Origin: Malacoraja senta
Taxonomy: Eukaryota
Direction of reading: 5' to 3'
DNA: 60,000 nt
Assembly: GCA_038087875.1 (NCBI GenBank)
Contig: CM075989.1
Span: 12,526,001 to 12,586,000, forward strand
Shown here: positions 1 to 13,760 of the stretch, piece after piece
Layout of the letters: the number at the start of each line of letters is the position of its first letter
Numbering within the stretch: position 1 is the stretch's first letter
Notes under the pieces: generated by a model
Database searches by the model: none
What the model was told of the DNA's origin: nothing
The model's input: only the letters and a program-made list of their open reading frames with translations
Translations under genes and position numbers: made by a program

Positions 1-214
1 TTTCATACTATACCAATTGTTTTAATGAAGTGTACGGTGTTTTAGAAAATTATAAACTACTCATTTAAAAAGATTAGAAATGTGAGTTTAGAAGAAAGGG
101 AGGGGATTTAATTGATATGCAACGTCGCAGACTGAGATAAGAAGGAAATTAATCTGAGGGATGTGAATCTCTATAATCCACAACCTAAAGAGCTGTGGTG
201 CTGTGTACATAAAT

Positions 215-350
215 AGAGTCATAGAGTCAGACAGTATGGAAACAGGCCTTTCAGCCCAATTCATCCATGCCAATGAACATGCCCATCTATGCTGGTCTGA
301 TGTACCCTCTAAAATGTTCCTATCTACAAATCTGTCCAAATGTGTATTAA
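215..350 (-). mobile_element. CR1-type 3' end fragment
   Basis: 'catagagtcagacagtatggaaacaggcctttcagccc...tctgtccaaatgt' resembles the other CR1/SINE 3' ends in the window (e.g. 5078-5270). Confidence 0.55.
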
Positions 351-1999
351 TTGTTTATAATGAAATGTATTACAAATATAGATAATAAATATACCAAGAA
401 ATTGCACAAATGTATGCAGCAATCTGGTCATCTGCAAAATGTTGCAAAACCACTGTTAAAATTTGTTCGGCTGGTTGGCAATCCTGCATTAAAATGGCAG
501 TCCTTGAATAGACTTAACCGTCTGTAGTTCTGCCACATTTGTTTATTTCCTCATTAATTTTAAAAGGGCATCAGCTCTTAATGCACATTCTCTCTATGAC
601 TATGTGGACTTTTACTTTATGCTCTGATTTCCTTCCACTCACAAAACAAATGCTGGTAAGTTAAATAACCACTGCAAATTATCCCAGTTTAAGGGCACAT
701 TTTGTCCTGTATGACTCTATATGAGAGAATAGATTTAGGAAATTATTGAGGGGAGTGGGATTGTTTGTTCTCAAATAACTATTTTTGCCAGACACCCCTT
801 TATTGCTTTTCTGTTTTTTATGTAAAATACTATGCAACCTTGCACACAATAAGATTTCAGTCAAGTGAATCTTTTCTGAACTGCTTCCAATGCCTATACA
901 AACTTCCTTAAATAATGAACACAATACTGTGCTTATACTCCAGATGTGGTGTCCCCGGCTGTCTATATAATTGAAATATAATCTTCCTATTTTCGTATTC
1001 ACATCCTATTGTAATAAACAATATTCTGTGCTAGTTTTCTTGCTTTTTAATCTCTCATTATTTCAATAACATATTTTTTCTATTTTTTTCCTGCCACCAT
1101 GGGCAATTTTATATTTATTCTCACTTGGTACCGTATTTACCGGATCTTTGCATTTTTATTTAGTCGTAGCAACAGCATATATATGGCTGTTTCCCAGAAA
1201 CATGAAATTTACTATCAAACAAATTTTCTGATTATGTGCAGCAGCTGGAAGTTGAGGGAATGGAAATCCTTCCTGCTGAGAAAAAGATCCATGTGGTTAA
1301 AAGGAACCATTATGTATCCATGGTTGCAATCAATAGCTGCCTACTCGGGTGGGAAGCCAGCAATATTGCCAAATTCCAGTGCTTAACATTCTACCTCTTC
1401 TTCACTAGAAAATGAAGACCAATAACGCATCTCCATGTGGAGAGAACACATCTCTCCATGTGAAGATCATCTAAGTGGCTTATCTGAAAATAGTAAATTT
1501 TGAAAAAAATTGAAGTTGGCAGTCAATATGACATTGACTGATGGAGAAGGCATAAGATTGTTACCAAAGATCTTTGTGAAAATGTTATTCATCTCCATGC
1601 TGGTAACCTCTTTGGCTTTGTTCATTAGGGGGATCCAGGTTCTGAAGATTCTCTGGGAGAAAGCATTTCTGCCCTGTGGTTTTTGACACTCCACCTAAAC
1701 TAAATGAAATTAGGACATATATGTGTATTAGGACATATATGTGCACACAATGATGACATAATTAGGAATCCAACAGATGCCACAAAAGTGTCAGATCCAC
1801 AGGAGGGATTGCACTGGAAGTTCTTGGGCCAGTCTCCAACCACTAATCAATAATAAAATAGTTGCTCCATTTAATGTATGCAAAACTATTTTGTATATCA
1901 TGCAGTGTGGTGAAGTGATATTGTTGCTTCGGTGATTGTATATGCTGTTAAATTATTTATACTCATTACTTTACGTACACATTTGAATAGAAGCTGCCC

Positions 2000-2990
2000 T
2001 CACTGATGAAGGCAAACATACCGTACTCCTCTTTCCCCAATCTATCTGCGTGGGTTGCCACTTTCAGCAAACTTTGGACTTGGACCCAAGATCCTTCTGT
2101 ATATCAATGCTGCTAAAGGTCTTAACTGTATATTTCCCCATTACATTTGACCATCCAAAGTACAGCATTTCACATTTGTTTTGATTAAACTCCATCTGTC
2201 ACGTCTCCGCCTATTTCTGTAGCTGATCTATATCCTGCGGTATACTTTGGCTGCCTTCCTCATTGTCCTCAATTCCATCAATTTTACTGCTGTTGGCAAA
2301 GTTACCATTTATAGATATATATCACAAAACAACAGAGGTCCCACCACCGATACCTGTGGAGCTCCACTGGTCACAGACCTCCAGACAGAGTAATACCCAT
2401 TCACCACAACCTTCTGTCTTCCTTGAGAAAGCCAGTTCTGAATCCAAATGGCCAACTCGCTGTGGATTCCATGTAACCTAATCTTCTGGATTAGCCTACC
2501 ACGAGGGACTTTATCAAATGTCTTCCTAAAATCCATGTAGGCAACATCCACTGCCCTAAACCTCGTCGTCACCGCCTCAAATATCTCAATCTAATTCGTA
2601 AAACATGGCTTGCTGTGGAAAAAGCCATACTGATTGTCCCCAATTATCCCATTCTCATCCAAATGCGAGTAAATCGTATCCTGAAGAATCCTCTCCAATA
2701 GCTTCCTCACCACAGATGTGAGTTTCATTAGCCTATAATTTCCTGTATTAACTCTACTTCCCTTCTTAAACAAAGGTACAACTCTCCAGTCTTCTGGGAC
2801 CTCGTCTGTGGTTAGCGAAGGTACAGCAATCTTTCTCAAAGCTCCTGCAATCTCCTCTCTTGCATTTCAATAGATCCCATCAGGCCCTGAGAATGTATCC
2901 ACTTTAATGCTCTTCCCAACATCATCTCCTTCTTATTCTCAAACTTCCTTTGCTTATTAGTATTCCTCACACTGATCTCACTGCTGATGT
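2000..2990 (-). mobile_element. Degraded CR1 LINE, RT region
   Basis: ORF fragments VPEDWRVVPLFKKG..GNYRLMKLTSVVRKLLE and DVAYMDFRKTFDKVPRGRL..WIQNWL..SGAPQVSVVGPLLF. Confidence 0.9.
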
Positions 2991-3399
2991 GCAGTGGTTA
3001 CTGATTAAGCTGAACATTTGTTTTAAACTTCTCATCCTTTGTTTTAATTCCCTCTCTCTCTTGGGTTTCCATATCAGTAAATTTCATGATCCTATTAACC
3101 TCTGAGGTCTGTGATCCTTCATTTAGTGGCTCTTGACCATTTTAATTTTAATCAATCCACTGTTGGAGGCCATACCTACCAGCTGTTGAGGCCCTAAGCT
3201 TTGGAGATCCCTTATCAGTTTATATGTATTACTTCCTTTCAAGATGGTCAATATTGTCAAAAATTCCTCTTATACTTCCTTTTAATCCCATTGGTTCTAT
3301 TCTGTCTCTTAGAACAATTCCATCATTTACATTCCCCATTTATTTATGTGATTGGATTTATCAGTCAAGTTGTTGCCATTTACATTCCCCTATAATTTA

Positions 3400-4106
3400 T
3401 TAGACAATAGACAATAGACACTAGGTGCAGGAGTACGCCATTTGGCCCTTCGAGCCAGCACCGCCATTCAATGTGATCATGGCTGATCATCCCAAATCAG
3501 TACCCCGTTCCTGCCATCTCCCCATATCCCCTGACTCCACTATTTTTAAGAGCCCTATCTAGCTCTCTCTTGAAAGCACCCAGAGAACCTACCTCCACCG
3601 CCCTCTGAGGCAGATAATTCCACAGACTCACCACTCTCTGTGAGAAAAAGTGTTTCCTCGTCTCCGTTCTAAATGGCTTACTCCTTATTCTTAAACTGTG
3701 GCCCCTGGTTCTGGACTCCCCCAACATCGGGAACATGTTTCCTGTCTCCAGCGTGTCCAAACCCTTAACAATCTTATATGTTTCAATAAGATGCCCTCTC
3801 ATCCTTCTAAACTCCAGAGTGTACAAGCCCAGCTGCTCCATTCCCTCAGCATATGACAGTCCCGCCATCCCGGGAATTAACCTTGTAAACCTACGCTGCA
3901 CTCCCTCAATAGCAAGAATGTCCTTCCTCAAATTAGGGGACCAAAACTGCACACAATACTCCAGGTGTGGTCTCACTAGGGCTCTGTACAACTGCAGAAG
4001 GACCTCTTTGCTCCTATATTCGATTCCTCTTGTTATAAAGGCCAACATGCCATTCGCTTTCTTTACTGTCTGCTGTACCTGCATGCTTACTTTCATAGAC
4101 TGATGC
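3400..4106 (-). mobile_element. 5'-truncated CR1 LINE (ORF2 C-terminus + 3'UTR + (CTATTGT)n tail)
   Basis: ORF 3497-4120 LYRALVRPHLEYCVQFWSP..RTRGHSLRI..FFSQRVVSLWN; tail repeats at ~3400-3420. Confidence 0.95.
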
Positions 4107-4579
4107 ATGCCCATTAACATCCTTCTGATTCTCCTACCACATACACTAAATTCAGATTATCTAATGAACCTATCTAAACACCTTTTGAATATGAAGGAAT
4201 ATGAAGGAAACATGAGAACCTGAAGAAAACATGTAGATTCTTCACTGACAGCACCTGAAATTAGGATTGAACATAAAACTATCTGATAGCCACTGTGCCA
4301 ACCATATCTTAACATGAACAATGCTTATCTCTTCAAGGAACATGGAACTGGTCAGGTTTGCTTCCTTCTGTTATGAATTGTAAAAGCATGTTATTTCTGA
4401 GTAACACCCAAATACCAGCATCACAGCAATGATGTGAAGCAAGAACACTATTTGGTATCATTCAAGTACAGACACATCAGAAAAAATCCATGTTGCATTA
4501 TATGAGTTGGGAAATGAAGATCACTTTTCACAATTGATCCTACATCTCATTTCAATTAGATTGCACAAAACCATGCACT

Positions 4580-5060
4580 ATGTGATTGGATTTATCAGTC
4601 AAGTTGTTGTCATTGCTCCAAGTCCGTCTCAACCGCACCATGGCCTCTCTTAACCCCTCCCCTTCAAAACTATATTCGCAATCTTGTAATCATTTGAGGA
4701 GTCCAGCAACTACATCAATTAAATACTTGCTTACTCTTCTTTTTGATACAACCTTTCTCGAATGTTGTGTTCCCACTCTGCCATTGAAGTCACTCAGGAG
4801 GATCAGTTTGCCTCCATTTGTGAAGCGGTTCAGGATTTTTTTAATGTTGCATTCGAAGTTCTTCTTAGCCTTGACTGAAGCTTTAAGGGCAGGGGTGCTA
4901 CAGCTTATTAGTTCTGTGTCAGATTGAGCTGAAGTGTTATTAGACATTTGTGAATTGCACGGGGAGTGAGTAAGACACTGGGCTAACTCATTCTTGATCG
5001 TAATGATCACTCTATGAAGACGCCATTCTTTACCCTTCCAGAAGAAGTTACTCCCACACA
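4580..5060 (-). mobile_element. Old RTE-clade LINE fragment, APE endonuclease
   Basis: FFWKGK..KLILLSDFNGRVG motifs in ORF 4690-5097 resemble an RTE/BovB-type endonuclease. Confidence 0.65.
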
Positions 5061-5261
5061 TTCTTTGCCATCTCAAAGAGTCATAGACATACTGCACAGA
5101 ACCAGACCCTTCAGGCTAACTTGCGAGTGGTGACCAATATGCCCTATCTACGCTATTCCCACCTGTCCATATTTGGCTCATATCCCTCAAACCTTTTGCT
5201 ATCCATGTACCTGTCCAAATGTCTTTTGAAAATTGTTATAGGCCCTGCCTCAACTACCTTC

Positions 5262-6069
5262 TCTGGCATCTTCCCGCCTCCACCTTTTCCGCTTTTTGTA
5301 GAGGTCACTTCCGCTGCAACTTCTTGTTTGCTGACCCTTTCCCATCCAAACCACCCTCTCCCCAGGTAATTTATCCTGTAAACGCAGGAAATGTAACACT
5401 CGGCCTACACCTTCTCCCTCATCTCCATCCACGGACCCCAACAGCTCTCTCTTCCAGGCGAGATAGAAGTTCACATGCATCTCCTGTAACCTAATCTGCT
5501 ACATTCGGTGCTCCCAGAGTTGCGTCCTTTATATTGGTGACACTAAGCGTAGACTAGGTGATCATTTAGCCAAACATGTGCTCAGTCTGCCTAGGCCTGT
5601 TGGACCTCCCAGTTGCTAACCACTTTAATTCCTCCTTCCATTCTCATACTGATCTTTCTGTTCTGGGCCTGCTCCATTGCCAGTGTGCGGCCAAACGCAA
5701 ACTGGAGGATCAACACTTGGGTTGCTTACATCCTAACAGTATGAATATTGCATCCCTCATTTTAGGTAACACCCCACCCCATTCTTTTTCTTCGTCCCAC
5801 CTCCCTTTCCTGACCCATTCTTCCCTTATTCCAACTATCCCCGACCTGTCCTCTTCCACCCATTTCTCTCCCTCTGGCTTTACATTTTGCTGCTCTTTCA
5901 AACCTCGTCTCTCCTTATCAACAACATTTTGTTGATCAATCAACTCCATCTCCCCACCCACCCAACCTGTATCCAACTGTCACTTGCCAGGCTTTGTCCT
6001 GCCCCAACTCTTTTCCATCTTTCTCTCCCCCACTACAATCAGTCTGAAGAAGGGTCCTGACCCAAAATA
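5262..6069 (+). mobile_element. Penelope-like element 3' part (GIY-YIG fragment + pLTR), split by a CR1 insertion; resumes at 14238-14345
   Basis: CGKCNT, NLICYIRCS..LYIGDTKRRLGDH, PVANHFNS..HSHTD motifs; pLTR motif ctgaagaagggtcctgaccc at 6044-6063. Confidence 0.85.
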
Positions 6070-7410
6070 GAAAATAGACAATAGACAATTGGTGCAGGAG
6101 TAGGCCATTCAGCCCTTCGAGCCAGCACTGCCATTCAATGTGATCATGGCTGATCATCCCCACTCAGAACCCCGTTCCTGCCTTCTCCCCATATCCCCTG
6201 ACTCCGTTATCCTTAAGAGCCCTATCTAGCTCTCTCTTGAAAGTATCCAGTGAACCAGCCTCCACCGCCCTCTGAGGCAGAGAACTCCACAGACTCACCA
6301 CTCTCTGTGAGAAAAAGTGTTTCCTTGTCTCCGTTCTAAATAGCCTACTCCTTATTCTTAAACTGTGGCCCCTGGTTCTGGACTCCCCCAACATTGGGAA
6401 CATGTTTCATGCCTCTATTGTCTCCAAACCTTAATAATCTTATATGTTTCAATAAGATCCCCTCTCATTCTTCTAAACTCCAGTGTATACAAGCCCAGCC
6501 GCTCCATTCTCTTAGCATATGGCAGTCCCGCCATCCCGGGAATTAACCTTGTAAACCTACGCTGCACTCCCTCAATAGCAAAAATTTCCTTCCTCAAATT
6601 AGCGGACCAAAACTGCACACAATACTCCAGGTGTGGTCTCACTAGGACCCTGTACAACTGCAGAAGGACTTCTTTGCTCCTATACTCAACTCCTCTTGTT
6701 ATGAAGGCCAACATGCCATTCACTTTCTTCACTGCTGTACCTGCATGCTTACATTCATTGACTGATGAACTAGGACCCCTTGTTCTTCCCCTTTTCCCAA
6801 CTTGACACCATTTAGATAGTAATCTGCCTTCCTGTTTTTGCTACCAAAGTGGATAACCTCACATTTATCCACATTAAACTGCATCTGCCATGCATCTGCC
6901 CACTCACCCAACCTGTACAAGTCACCCTGCATTCTCATAGCATCCTCCTCACAGTTCACACTGTCACCCAGCTTTGTGTCATCTGCAAATTTGCTAATGT
7001 TACTATGAATCCCTTCATCTAAATCATTGATGTATATTGTAAATAGCTGCGGTCCCAGCACCGAGTCTTGCGGTACCCCACTAGTCACTGCCTGCCATTC
7101 TGAAAGGGATCCGTTAATCCCTACTCTTTGTTTCCTGTCTGCCAACCAATTTTCTATCCATGTCAACACTCTACCCCCGATACCATGTGCCCTAATTTTG
7201 CCCACTATTCTCCTATGTGGGACCTTATCAAATGCTTTCTGAAAGTCCAGGTACACTACATCCACTGGCTCTCCCTTGTCTATTTTCCTAGTTACATCCT
7301 CAAAAAATTCCAGAAGATTAGTCAAGCATGATTTCGCCTTCGTAAATCCTTGCTGACTAGGATCGATCCTGTTACTGCTATCCAAATGTGCCGTTATTTC
7401 TTCTTTTATA

Positions 7411-10400
7411 GAAACATAGAAACATAGAAAATAGGTGCAGGAGTAGGCCATTCGGCTCTTCGAGCCTGCACCGCCATTCAATATGATCATGGCTGATCAT
7501 CCAACTCAGTATCCTGTACCTGCCTTCTCTCCATACCCCCTGATCCCTTTAGCCACAAGGGCCACATCTAACTCCCTCTTAAATATAGCCAATGAACTGG
7601 CCTCGATTACCTTCTGTGGCAGAGAGTTCCAGAGATTAACCACTCTCTGTGAAAAATGTTTTTCTCATCTCAGTCCTAAAGGATTTCCCCTTAATCATAA
7701 ACTTTGACCCCTTGTCCTGGACTTCCCCAACATCGGGAACAATCTTCCTGCATCTAGCCTGTCCAACCCCTTAAGAATTTTGTAAGTTTCTATAAGATCC
7801 CCCCTCAATCATCTAAATTCTAGCGAGTACAAGCCGAGTCTATCCAGTCTTGCCTGACATCCCAGGAATCAATCTGGTGAACCTTCTCTGCACTCCCTCT
7901 ATGGCAAGAATGTCTTTCCTCAGATTTGGAGACCAAAACAGTACGCAATACTCCAGGTGTGGTCTCACCAAGACCCTGTACAACTGCAGTAGAACCTCCC
8001 TGCTCCTATACTCAAATCCTTTTGCTATGAATGCTAACATACCATTCGCTTTCTTCACTGCCTGCTGCACCTGCATGCCTACTTTCAATGACTGGTGTAC
8101 CATGACACCCAGGTCTCGTTGCATCTCCCCTTTTTCTAATCGGCCACCATTCAGGTAATAGTCTACTTTCCTGTTTTTGCCACCAAAGTGGATAACCTCA
8201 CATTTATCCACATTATACTGCATCTGCCATGCATTTGCCCACTCACCCAGCCTATCCAAGTCACCTTACAGCCTCCTAGCATCCTCCTCACAGCTAACAC
8301 TGCCCCCCAGCTTCGTGTCATCCGCAAACCTGGAGATGTTGCATTCAATTCCCTCGTCCAAATCATTAATATATATTGTAAATAGCTGGAGTCCCAGCAC
8401 TGAGCCTTGCGGTACCCCACTAGTCACTGCCTGCCATTCTGAAAAGGACCCGTTTACTCCTACTCTTTGCTTCCTGTTTGCCAGCCAGTTCTCTATCCAC
8501 ATCAATACTGAACCCCCAATACCGTGTGCTTTAAGTTTGTATACTAATCTCTTACGTGGGACCTTGTCGAAAGCCTTCTGAAAGTCCAGATATAACACAT
8601 CCACTGGTTCTCCCTTATCCACTCTACTAGTTACATCATCGAAAAATTCTATAAGATTTGTCAGACATGATTTACCTTTTGTAAATCCATGCTGACTTCG
8701 TCCAATGATTTCACCACTTTCCAAATGTGCTGCTATCCCATCTTTAATAACTGACTCTAGCAATTTTCCCACTACCGATGTTAGACTAACTGGTCTGTAA
8801 TTCCCCGTTTTCTCTCTCCCTCCCTTGTTAAAAAGTGGGGTTACATTAGCTACCCTCCAATCCTCAGGAACTACTCCAGAATCTAAGGAGTTTTTAAAAA
8901 TGATCACTAATGCATCCACTATTTCTGGGGCTACTTCCTTAAGTACTCTGGGATGCAGCCTATCTGGCCCTGGGGATTTATCGGCCTTTAATCCATTCAA
9001 TTTACCTAACACCACTTCCCGGCTAACCTGGATTTCACTCAGTTCCTCTATCTCATTTGACCCGCGGTCCCCTGCTATTTCCGGCAGATTATTTATGTCT
9101 TCCTTAGTGAAGACAGAACCAAAGTAGTTATTCAATTGGTCTGCCATGTCCTTGTTCCCCATGATCAATTCACCTGTTTCTGACTGCAAGGGACCTACAT
9201 TTGTTTTAACTAATCTCTTTCTCTTCACGTATCTATAAAAACTTTTGCAGTCAGTTTTTATGTTCCTTGCCAGTTTTCTTTCATAATCTATTTTCCCTTT
9301 CCTAATTAAGCCCTTTGTCCTCCTCTGCTGGACTCTGAATTTCTCCCAGTCCTCTGGTTAATTTGTACGCTTCATCTTTTGTTTTGATACTATCCCTGAT
9401 TTCCCTTGTTATCCACGGATGCACTACCTTCCCTGATTTATTCTTTTGCCAAACTGGGATGAACAATTTTTGTAGTTCATCCATGCAGTCTTTAAATGCC
9501 TTCCATTGCATATCCACCGTCAACCCTTTAAGAATCAATTGCCAGTCAATCTTGGCCAATTCACATTTCATACCCTCAAAGTTACCTTTCTTTAAGTTCA
9601 GAACCCTTGTTTCTGAATTAACAATGTCACTCTCCATCCTAATGAAGAACTCAACCATATTATGGTCACTCTTGCCCAAGGGGCCATGCACAACAAGACT
9701 GTTAACTAACCCTTCCTCATTACTCAATACCCAGTCTAGAAAAGCCTGCTCTCTCATTGGTTCCCCTACATGTTGGTTTAGAAAACTATCCCGCATACAT
9801 TCCAAGAAATCCTCTTCCTCAGCACCCCTGCCAATTTGATTCACCCAATCTATATGTAGATTGAAGTCACCCATTATAACTGTTTTACCTTTGTTGCACG
9901 CATTTCTAATTTCCTGTTTGATGCCATCCCCAACTCCACTACTACTGTTAGGTGGCCTGTACACAACACCCACTAGCGTTTTCTGCCTCTTAGTGTTTCG
10001 TAGCTCTACCCATATCGATTCCACATCCTCCAAGCTAATATCCTTCCTTTCCATTGCGTTAATTTCCTCTCTAACCAGCAAAGCTACCCCACCTCCTTTT
10101 CCTTTCTGTCTATCCTTCCTGAATATTGAATATCCCTGGATGTTCAGCTCCCAGCCTTGGTTACCCTGGAGCCATGTCTCCGTGATCACAACTATATCAT
10201 AATCATTAATAGCTATCTGCACATTCAACTCATCCACCTTATTACGAATGCTCCTTGCATTGAGACACAAAGCCTTGTTTTTACAACGCTCTTACCCCTT
10301 ATACAATTATGTTGAAAAGTGGCCCTTTTTGATTTTTGCCCTGGATTTGTCTGCCTGCCATGTTTACTTTTCACCTTGTTACCTATTGCTTCTACCCTCA

Positions 10401-10903
10401 TTTTACACCCCTCTGTCTCTCTGCTCACACATTTAAGAAACCCACCACCTCTTATTCTCTGTTTATTATTTTTTTCTTCTTTCCCCCCTACCTGTTGGGT
10501 CTGAGTGCTTCCCTTCTCTGCCTCCTGCCTCACACACTGTCTACAAGCTTTCTTTATTTGAGTCCCTCCCCCCAACTGTTCTAGTTTAAAGTCTCCGCAA
10601 TAGCCTTTGCAAATCTCCCCGCCAGGATATTGGTCCCCCTCGGGTTCAAGTGCAACCCGTCCTTTTTGTACAGGTCACACCTTCCCCAAATGAGGTCCCA
10701 ATGATCCAGAAACTTGAATCCCTGCCCACTGCACCAGTCCTTCAGCCACGCATTTATCCTCCACCTCGCTCCATTCCTACTCTCACTGACGCGTGGCACA
10801 GGCAGTAATCCCGAGATTGTTACCTTTGCGGTCCTTCTCCTTAACTCTCCTCCTAACTCCCTAAATTCTCCTTTCAGGACCTCTTCCCTTTTTCTACCTA
10901 TAA
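7411..10903 (-). mobile_element. CR1 LINE 'B' nested in CR1 A; ORF1 esterase C-terminus plus near-complete, frameshifted ORF2
   Basis: TSD TTTATA (7405-7410 / 10904-10909); (CTATGTTT)n tail; ORF1 DHWD..YKKDGLHLN; APE 9302-10270; RT 8266-9228 (RFADDTK) and 7840-8259. Confidence 0.95.
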
Positions 10904-11420
10904 TTTATAATTGACTCCAGCATGTTCCCCACCACCGATGTCAGGCTAACTGGTCTATAATCGCTGTTTTCTCTCTGCCGCCTTTCTTAAAAATGGGATG
11001 ACATTAGCTACCCTCCAATCCACAGGAACTGATCCTGAATCTATAGAACATTGGAAAATTATCACCAATGCATCCACAATTTCTAGAGCCACTTCCCTAA
11101 GTAACCTGGGATGCAGACTATCAGGCTCTGGCGATTTATCAGCCTTCAGTCCCATCAGTCTACCCAACACTATTTCCTGCCTAATGTGGATTTCCTTCAG
11201 TTCCTCCGTCACCCCAGATCCTCTGGCCACTAGTATATCAGGAAGATTGTTTGTGTCCTCCTTAGTGAAGACGGATCCAAAGTACCTGTTCAACTCATCT
11301 GCCATTTCCTTGTTCCCCATAATACATTCAACTTTTTCAGTCTTCAAGGGTCCAACTTTGGTCTTAACTAATTGTTTCCTCTTGACATACCCTAAAGAAG
11401 CTTTTACTATCCTCCTTTAT

Positions 11421-11625
11421 TGTAAAGAGGCATCATAACACACTGTGTCTTTACTACTGTTTATTCATGATACACATACTTTACTGCCCTAGCTGTTCGT
11501 GGTCTGTCACCGGAACCAGAGAGAGCGAGCACTGGATGGGAAGGTTGTAATTATACTAGTGATGTGGGGAGTGGTTAGTAGTGGTGAGGTCACTATGTTA
11601 AAGGTACATGCACATGTCATCTACA
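11421..11625 (-). mobile_element. Solo LTR (205 bp) of an LTR retrotransposon, inserted in CR1 A
   Basis: TGTA...TACA termini, 5-bp TSD TTTAT (11416-11420 / 11626-11630), AATAAA on the minus strand near 11460. Confidence 0.85.
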
Positions 11626-12260
11626 TTTATATTCTTGGCTAGCTTACCTTTGTACCTCATCTTTTCTCCCTTTAGTGCCTTTTTAGTTATCTTCTGTTGC
11701 TCTTTAAACATTACCCAATCCTCTTGTTTCCCACTCATCTTTGCCACGTGGTACTTCTTCTCTTTTTTTTTTTAAACTCTCCCTGACATCCCTTGTCAGC
11801 CATGGTCGCCCCTTACTCCCCTTGGAATCTCTCTTCCTCTTTGGAATGAACTGATCCTGCACCTTCTGTATTATTCCCAGAAATACCTGCCATTGTTGTT
11901 CCACTGTCATCCCTGATAGGGTATCTTTCCAGTCAACTTTGGCCAGCTCCTCCCTCATGGCTCCATAGTCCCCTTTATTCAACTGTAACACTGACACCTC
12001 CGATTTACCCTTCTCCCTCTCCAATTGTAGATTAAACTTGACCATATTATGGTCACTGCCTCCTAATGGCTCCTTAACCTCAAGTTCCTTTTTCAAATCT
12101 GGTTCATTACATAGCACTAAATCCAGAATTGCCTTCTCCCTGGTAGGCTCCAATACAAGCTGCTCTAAGAATCCATCACAGAGGCACTCCACAAACTCCC
12201 TTTCTTGGAGTCCAGTGCCAACCTGATTTTCCCAGTCCACCTGCATGTTGAAATCTCCCA

Positions 12261-13760
12261 TTCAATTCAATTCAATTCAATTCAACTTTAATGTCATTGC
12301 ACAAATACTGAGTATGGGTACAACGAAATGCAGTTTTGTGTCAGTCCGTAGTAGTAGTGCAATATAGAAATTTAAAAAAAAAAGAGGATACAGAATAATC
12401 AAAAATACAGAATAATTAACAATGGGGACGGAGGGACCGGAGGAATCTATCGGCGGGACTCCGAGTTCAGCAATGCGACGGTATAATTGTAGAAGCTGTT
12501 CCTCATCCTACTGGTACGAGACCTGAGGCTCCTGTACCGCCTCCCTGATGGGAGGAGGGCAAACAGTCCATGGTTAGGGTGGGAGGGGTCTTTAATGATC
12601 TTCCCAGCCCGTTTCAGACACCGTTTTCAGTGGAGGGCATCCATGGCAGGGAGCGGGGCACCGATGATGTGCTGCGCGGTTTTCACCACCCGTTGTAGTG
12701 CCTTCCTGTCCGCAACAGTGCAGCTGCTGTACCATACCGTGAAGCAGGTGGTCAGGATGCTCTCGATGGTACACCGGTAGAAGTTGGTCAGGATCTGGTG
12801 GGACAGCTGGGCTTTCTTGAGCCTCCTCAGGAAGTAAAGGCACTGCTGTGCCTTTTTGATCAGCTTGGAGGTGTTGAGGGACCAGGACAAATCCTCCGAG
12901 ATGTGTACCCCGAGGAATTTGTAGCTGGAGACGCGCTCCACCTCAGTCCCGTTTATATGGATGGGGGTATGTCTGCCCCCTCTGACCTTCCTGAAGTCGA
13001 CAATAATTTCCTTCGTCTTCTTGGAGTTGAGGACGAGGTTATTGTTGGCACACCAGGTTGTCAGGTGCTGGACCTCCTCTCTGTAGGCTGACTCATCGTT
13101 GTCACTGATCAGTCCTACCACCGTGGTGTCGTCAGCAAACTTAATGATGGTGTTGGATCCGTACTTAGGGATGCAGTCGTGGGTGAAGAGGGAGTAGAGG
13201 AGAGGGCTGAGCACACAGCCCTGTGGCACGCCGGTGTTCAGTGTTATAGTGGAGGAGGTGAGGTTGTTGACCCTAACAGACTGTGGTCTGTTGGTGAGGA
13301 AATCCAGTGTCCAGTTGCAGAGGGAGGTGGAGATGCCAAGCCCGCTGAGTTTGGTGATCAAGCTGGCGGGGATGACAGTGTTAAAAGCGAAGCTGAAATC
13401 AATGAACAGCAACCTGATGTAGGAGTTGTTGTTATCCAGGTGGGTCAGGGCAGAGTGTAGGGCCGCCGATATGGCGTCCTCTGTAGACCTGTTGGTCCGG
13501 TAGGCAAACTGATGGGGGTCCAGTGTGGGGGGGAGGCTGGCTTTGAGGTGAGCCAAGATCAGCCGCTCAAAGCACTTAGCAATGACAGGGGTGAGTGCCA
13601 CTGGGCGGAAATCGTTGAGGCTCCCTGTGGCTGACTGTTTGGGCACTGGCACGATGGTTGATGTCTTGAGGCAAGTGGGGACAACACCCTGGACCAGTGA
13701 GAGATTGAAAATGTCGGTAAAGACTGGGGATAGTTGTCCAGCACATGCCCTAAGCATCCG
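12261..13760 (-). mobile_element. 5'-truncated Rex1/Babar LINE nested in CR1 A
   Basis: RT ORF 12627-13775 ([48 protein letters not shown]); (TTGAA)n tail at 12261-12285; host frame ..ATVA|MGDFN is split. Confidence 0.95.

Noticed and set aside
1467..1694. 75-aa ORF as a host exon
   Set aside because: RNAFSQRIFRTW resembles a decayed CR1 ORF2 C-terminus (FFSQRVV.W)
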